DNA from: Cenococcum geophilum
Taxonomy: Eukaryota
Length of the DNA stretch: 64,000 nt
NCBI GenBank assembly: GCA_050273025.1
Contig: CP158635.1
Span: forward strand, 29,698,001-29,762,000
Direction: 5' to 3'
How positions within the stretch are numbered: position 1 is the first letter of the stretch; each line of letters opens with the position of its first letter. The notes below the pieces were generated by a model. It searched no databases, was not told the DNA's origin, and saw nothing but the letters and a program-made list of their open reading frames with translations. The position numbers and the translations under genes are program-made. Positions 61,925 to 64,000 of the stretch are shown here, piece by piece.

Positions 61925-64000
61925 TATAAGGTAAGGATATAAATAGGGAGTCTAATAATAGAACAATAGGTATATTGTATAGACAGAAACGAATCCTTAA
62001 GGGAAAAGGAGGAGTCTGTATATAAGGTAGTAAGGGTTTTCCCTAGGCACGTGCAGAGCACGTGCCTTACGGGTAAGTCACCCCTGGGTTGCCCCAGGGT
62101 CGCCCGTACCTTGCGGCTATATAACTATCTACTTAGGTTTTACCTAATAATGCCCCCCCCTTTAAAAAGGGTCGTCCCCAATCCTTTATATACTTAAGCC
62201 TTAATAAAACCCCATAAAAAACCTTAGTAAGGAAAAAATTTAGAGGGAAAAGAGTGTTTTAATTTTATGTATAGAGAGACGGGTAGTACATATACGCGGC
62301 GCGAAGATGTTAAGGAACTTTAACCGGCGGTTAAAGTTATCTAATTAGTTAGATTTGCCTTGCTAAAACTCCCTCGCATTTAACTAAGCTAGTAATAATT
62401 TTATATACCCAGTATAGAAAATCCTAATTAGTCTATTTAACAGGTAGAGCTAGTAGAGCTTAATAATGTTACCTAAATTTAGTAAACCAGAAATATTCTA
62501 AAAGCTCGCTTATATAGGCAGGTTGCTAATACCTCGCGGGTTGGTTATAGGTTATTTATATACAGCCAGATTTATAGACGGTAAGGCTATATACCTACTA
62601 AATCCGCCGCTAATCCTGCTTTAGCCTTACGCTATGCCGGCGTAGCGCCGTGTATACTTCGTGGGTAGGTTATAGGTTACTTATATATAGCTAAGTTTAG
62701 GACGGTAAGGCTATATACCTATTAAATCCGCCACTAACCTATGCTTTAGCCTTGCGTGTTATCTGTATAGCATATATATGGAATAGTGTAAGTTATTAGT
62801 ATAGGTTACTACTAGTGGGTTACTAGCAGGTTATAAACCTTAGTTAAATAGACCCTAGTTATAAACAGGCCTATTCTCTAATATATAAATAATCTGCTTA
62901 GCTAGTATAGAGTAACGGATTAGGTCTAGGAAGGGTGCTTTCTAAATTAAGCTTCGTTGCCAGCGTATACCGTGGCCTTACCTATAAGTCACCAGCATTA
63001 TTAAATTGCGTTAGAGTGTAGCTTATATAGGATATTAATAAATTAAAACTTTACCCTATATATACGCCGCAGTTCTTACAGCAATTGTTGCTTATTCTTT
63101 AATCCCTTAGGATATCCTCTACTCCGCTTTAATATAGGTTATATTTTAATAACGGCGCTTACTTTTTGCCTGCGCTTTAGCTATAAGGCTAGGGTGTTCC
63201 ACTTACAGTACTTATCTAGCAGTTATTAACAATTCTTAAGTTCTATCTTATATTTCTATTTATTATACTTATTTAGCCATCCTAGCCATTTAATAAGGTA
63301 CTATAGTTGTCTAGTATAATCCTAGTAAGTAATAATTACTTCTACTTCCTAGCCGCCTTCCTTAAGCTCTTTTACTGCTAGGGGTTAAAACTTAGGGCGT
63401 AACCTATAAGGCTCTAGTAAGGAGATATAGAAGACTAGGTAGAGCTATGCTATAATAGGTAGGAGCTTTAGCTTATATGCTTACTACCCTACACGCTCTA
63501 GGATCTAAAATAGTCCTATAAACTTATAATTAAGCTTTTTATAGGGACGTTTTGTATGAATGTTCTTAGAGGAGAGCAGGACTTGTTTACTAATGGTAAA
63601 GTACTTGGCCAGGTGGTAATAATTATAGTATTTTACCTAAAGCTTTTAGGCGTATATTATTGACGCCGCCGCTACCTTATATATAAGGCGCAGGCGTTAT
63701 AGATACGTCTCTGCGAGTTAGACATTCGTTAACTTAGACCCCTCCCTACCTTATTAGGCGTCTTGGACGCTATCCAGAACTCTATCTAGGACGTTTAGTA
63801 GCTAGCTATAGGCAAGCTTAATAGGGGAATACTTTATTATAGTATAAATCTTAGAGTTATAGGTAAAGGCTGCTTCTTTAAGTAGGGAGGCCTAATTAGA
63901 CTGTTCCCAGTTCGTAAATATACGTAGGTATACCTTAAGCTCCTGGTTCTAACGCTCTATCTAACTATCTATCTATAAATGGAATACGGTGCTAAGTTTA
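61925..64000 (-). mobile_element. RIP-mutated chromoviral Ty3/gypsy, 3' part (LTR ~61925-62149)
   Basis: PPT at ~62152-62163; integrase LSTVFHL*IDS*IER*NQEL (STAFHPQTDGQTER), KLNYKFIGLF (GPF motif), chromodomain YLIKWLGW (~63290). Confidence 0.85.

Overview
Filamentous ascomycete (Pezizomycotina) genomic DNA: spliceosomal introns, plus AT-rich, CpA/TpG-depleted, stop-riddled blocks typical of repeat-induced point mutation (RIP). Layout: (1) 1-3100, a RIP-degraded DUF6589-like transposase relic with its terminus. (2) ~3100-36400, a gene-rich block: CBM1-GH45 endoglucanase, a ~1 kb structured non-coding segment that looks like the telomerase RNA, PTH11-like receptor, secreted tyrosinase-like protein, GFA/CENP-V protein, NACHT-ankyrin NLR with an extra C-terminal domain, an Aur1/PAP2-like pseudogene, MPDU1, an AT-hook/EVE protein, RPS2, PPZ phosphatase and a C2H2 pseudogene. 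(3) 36402-64000, a nested RIP-mutated transposon cluster (Tc1, pogo, Tad1-like LINE, Ty3/gypsy elements, solo LTRs with TSDs) containing one intact gene island at 52023-53002. Most notable: four termini sharing one TIR-plus-subterminal-hairpin architecture link the DUF6589 ORF to a complete non-autonomous element with a TSD; the telomerase-RNA candidate; and a spliced antisense Cys6 gene inside a gypsy element. All family calls are from motif recognition by eye, not database searches; de-RIP readings are reconstructions.
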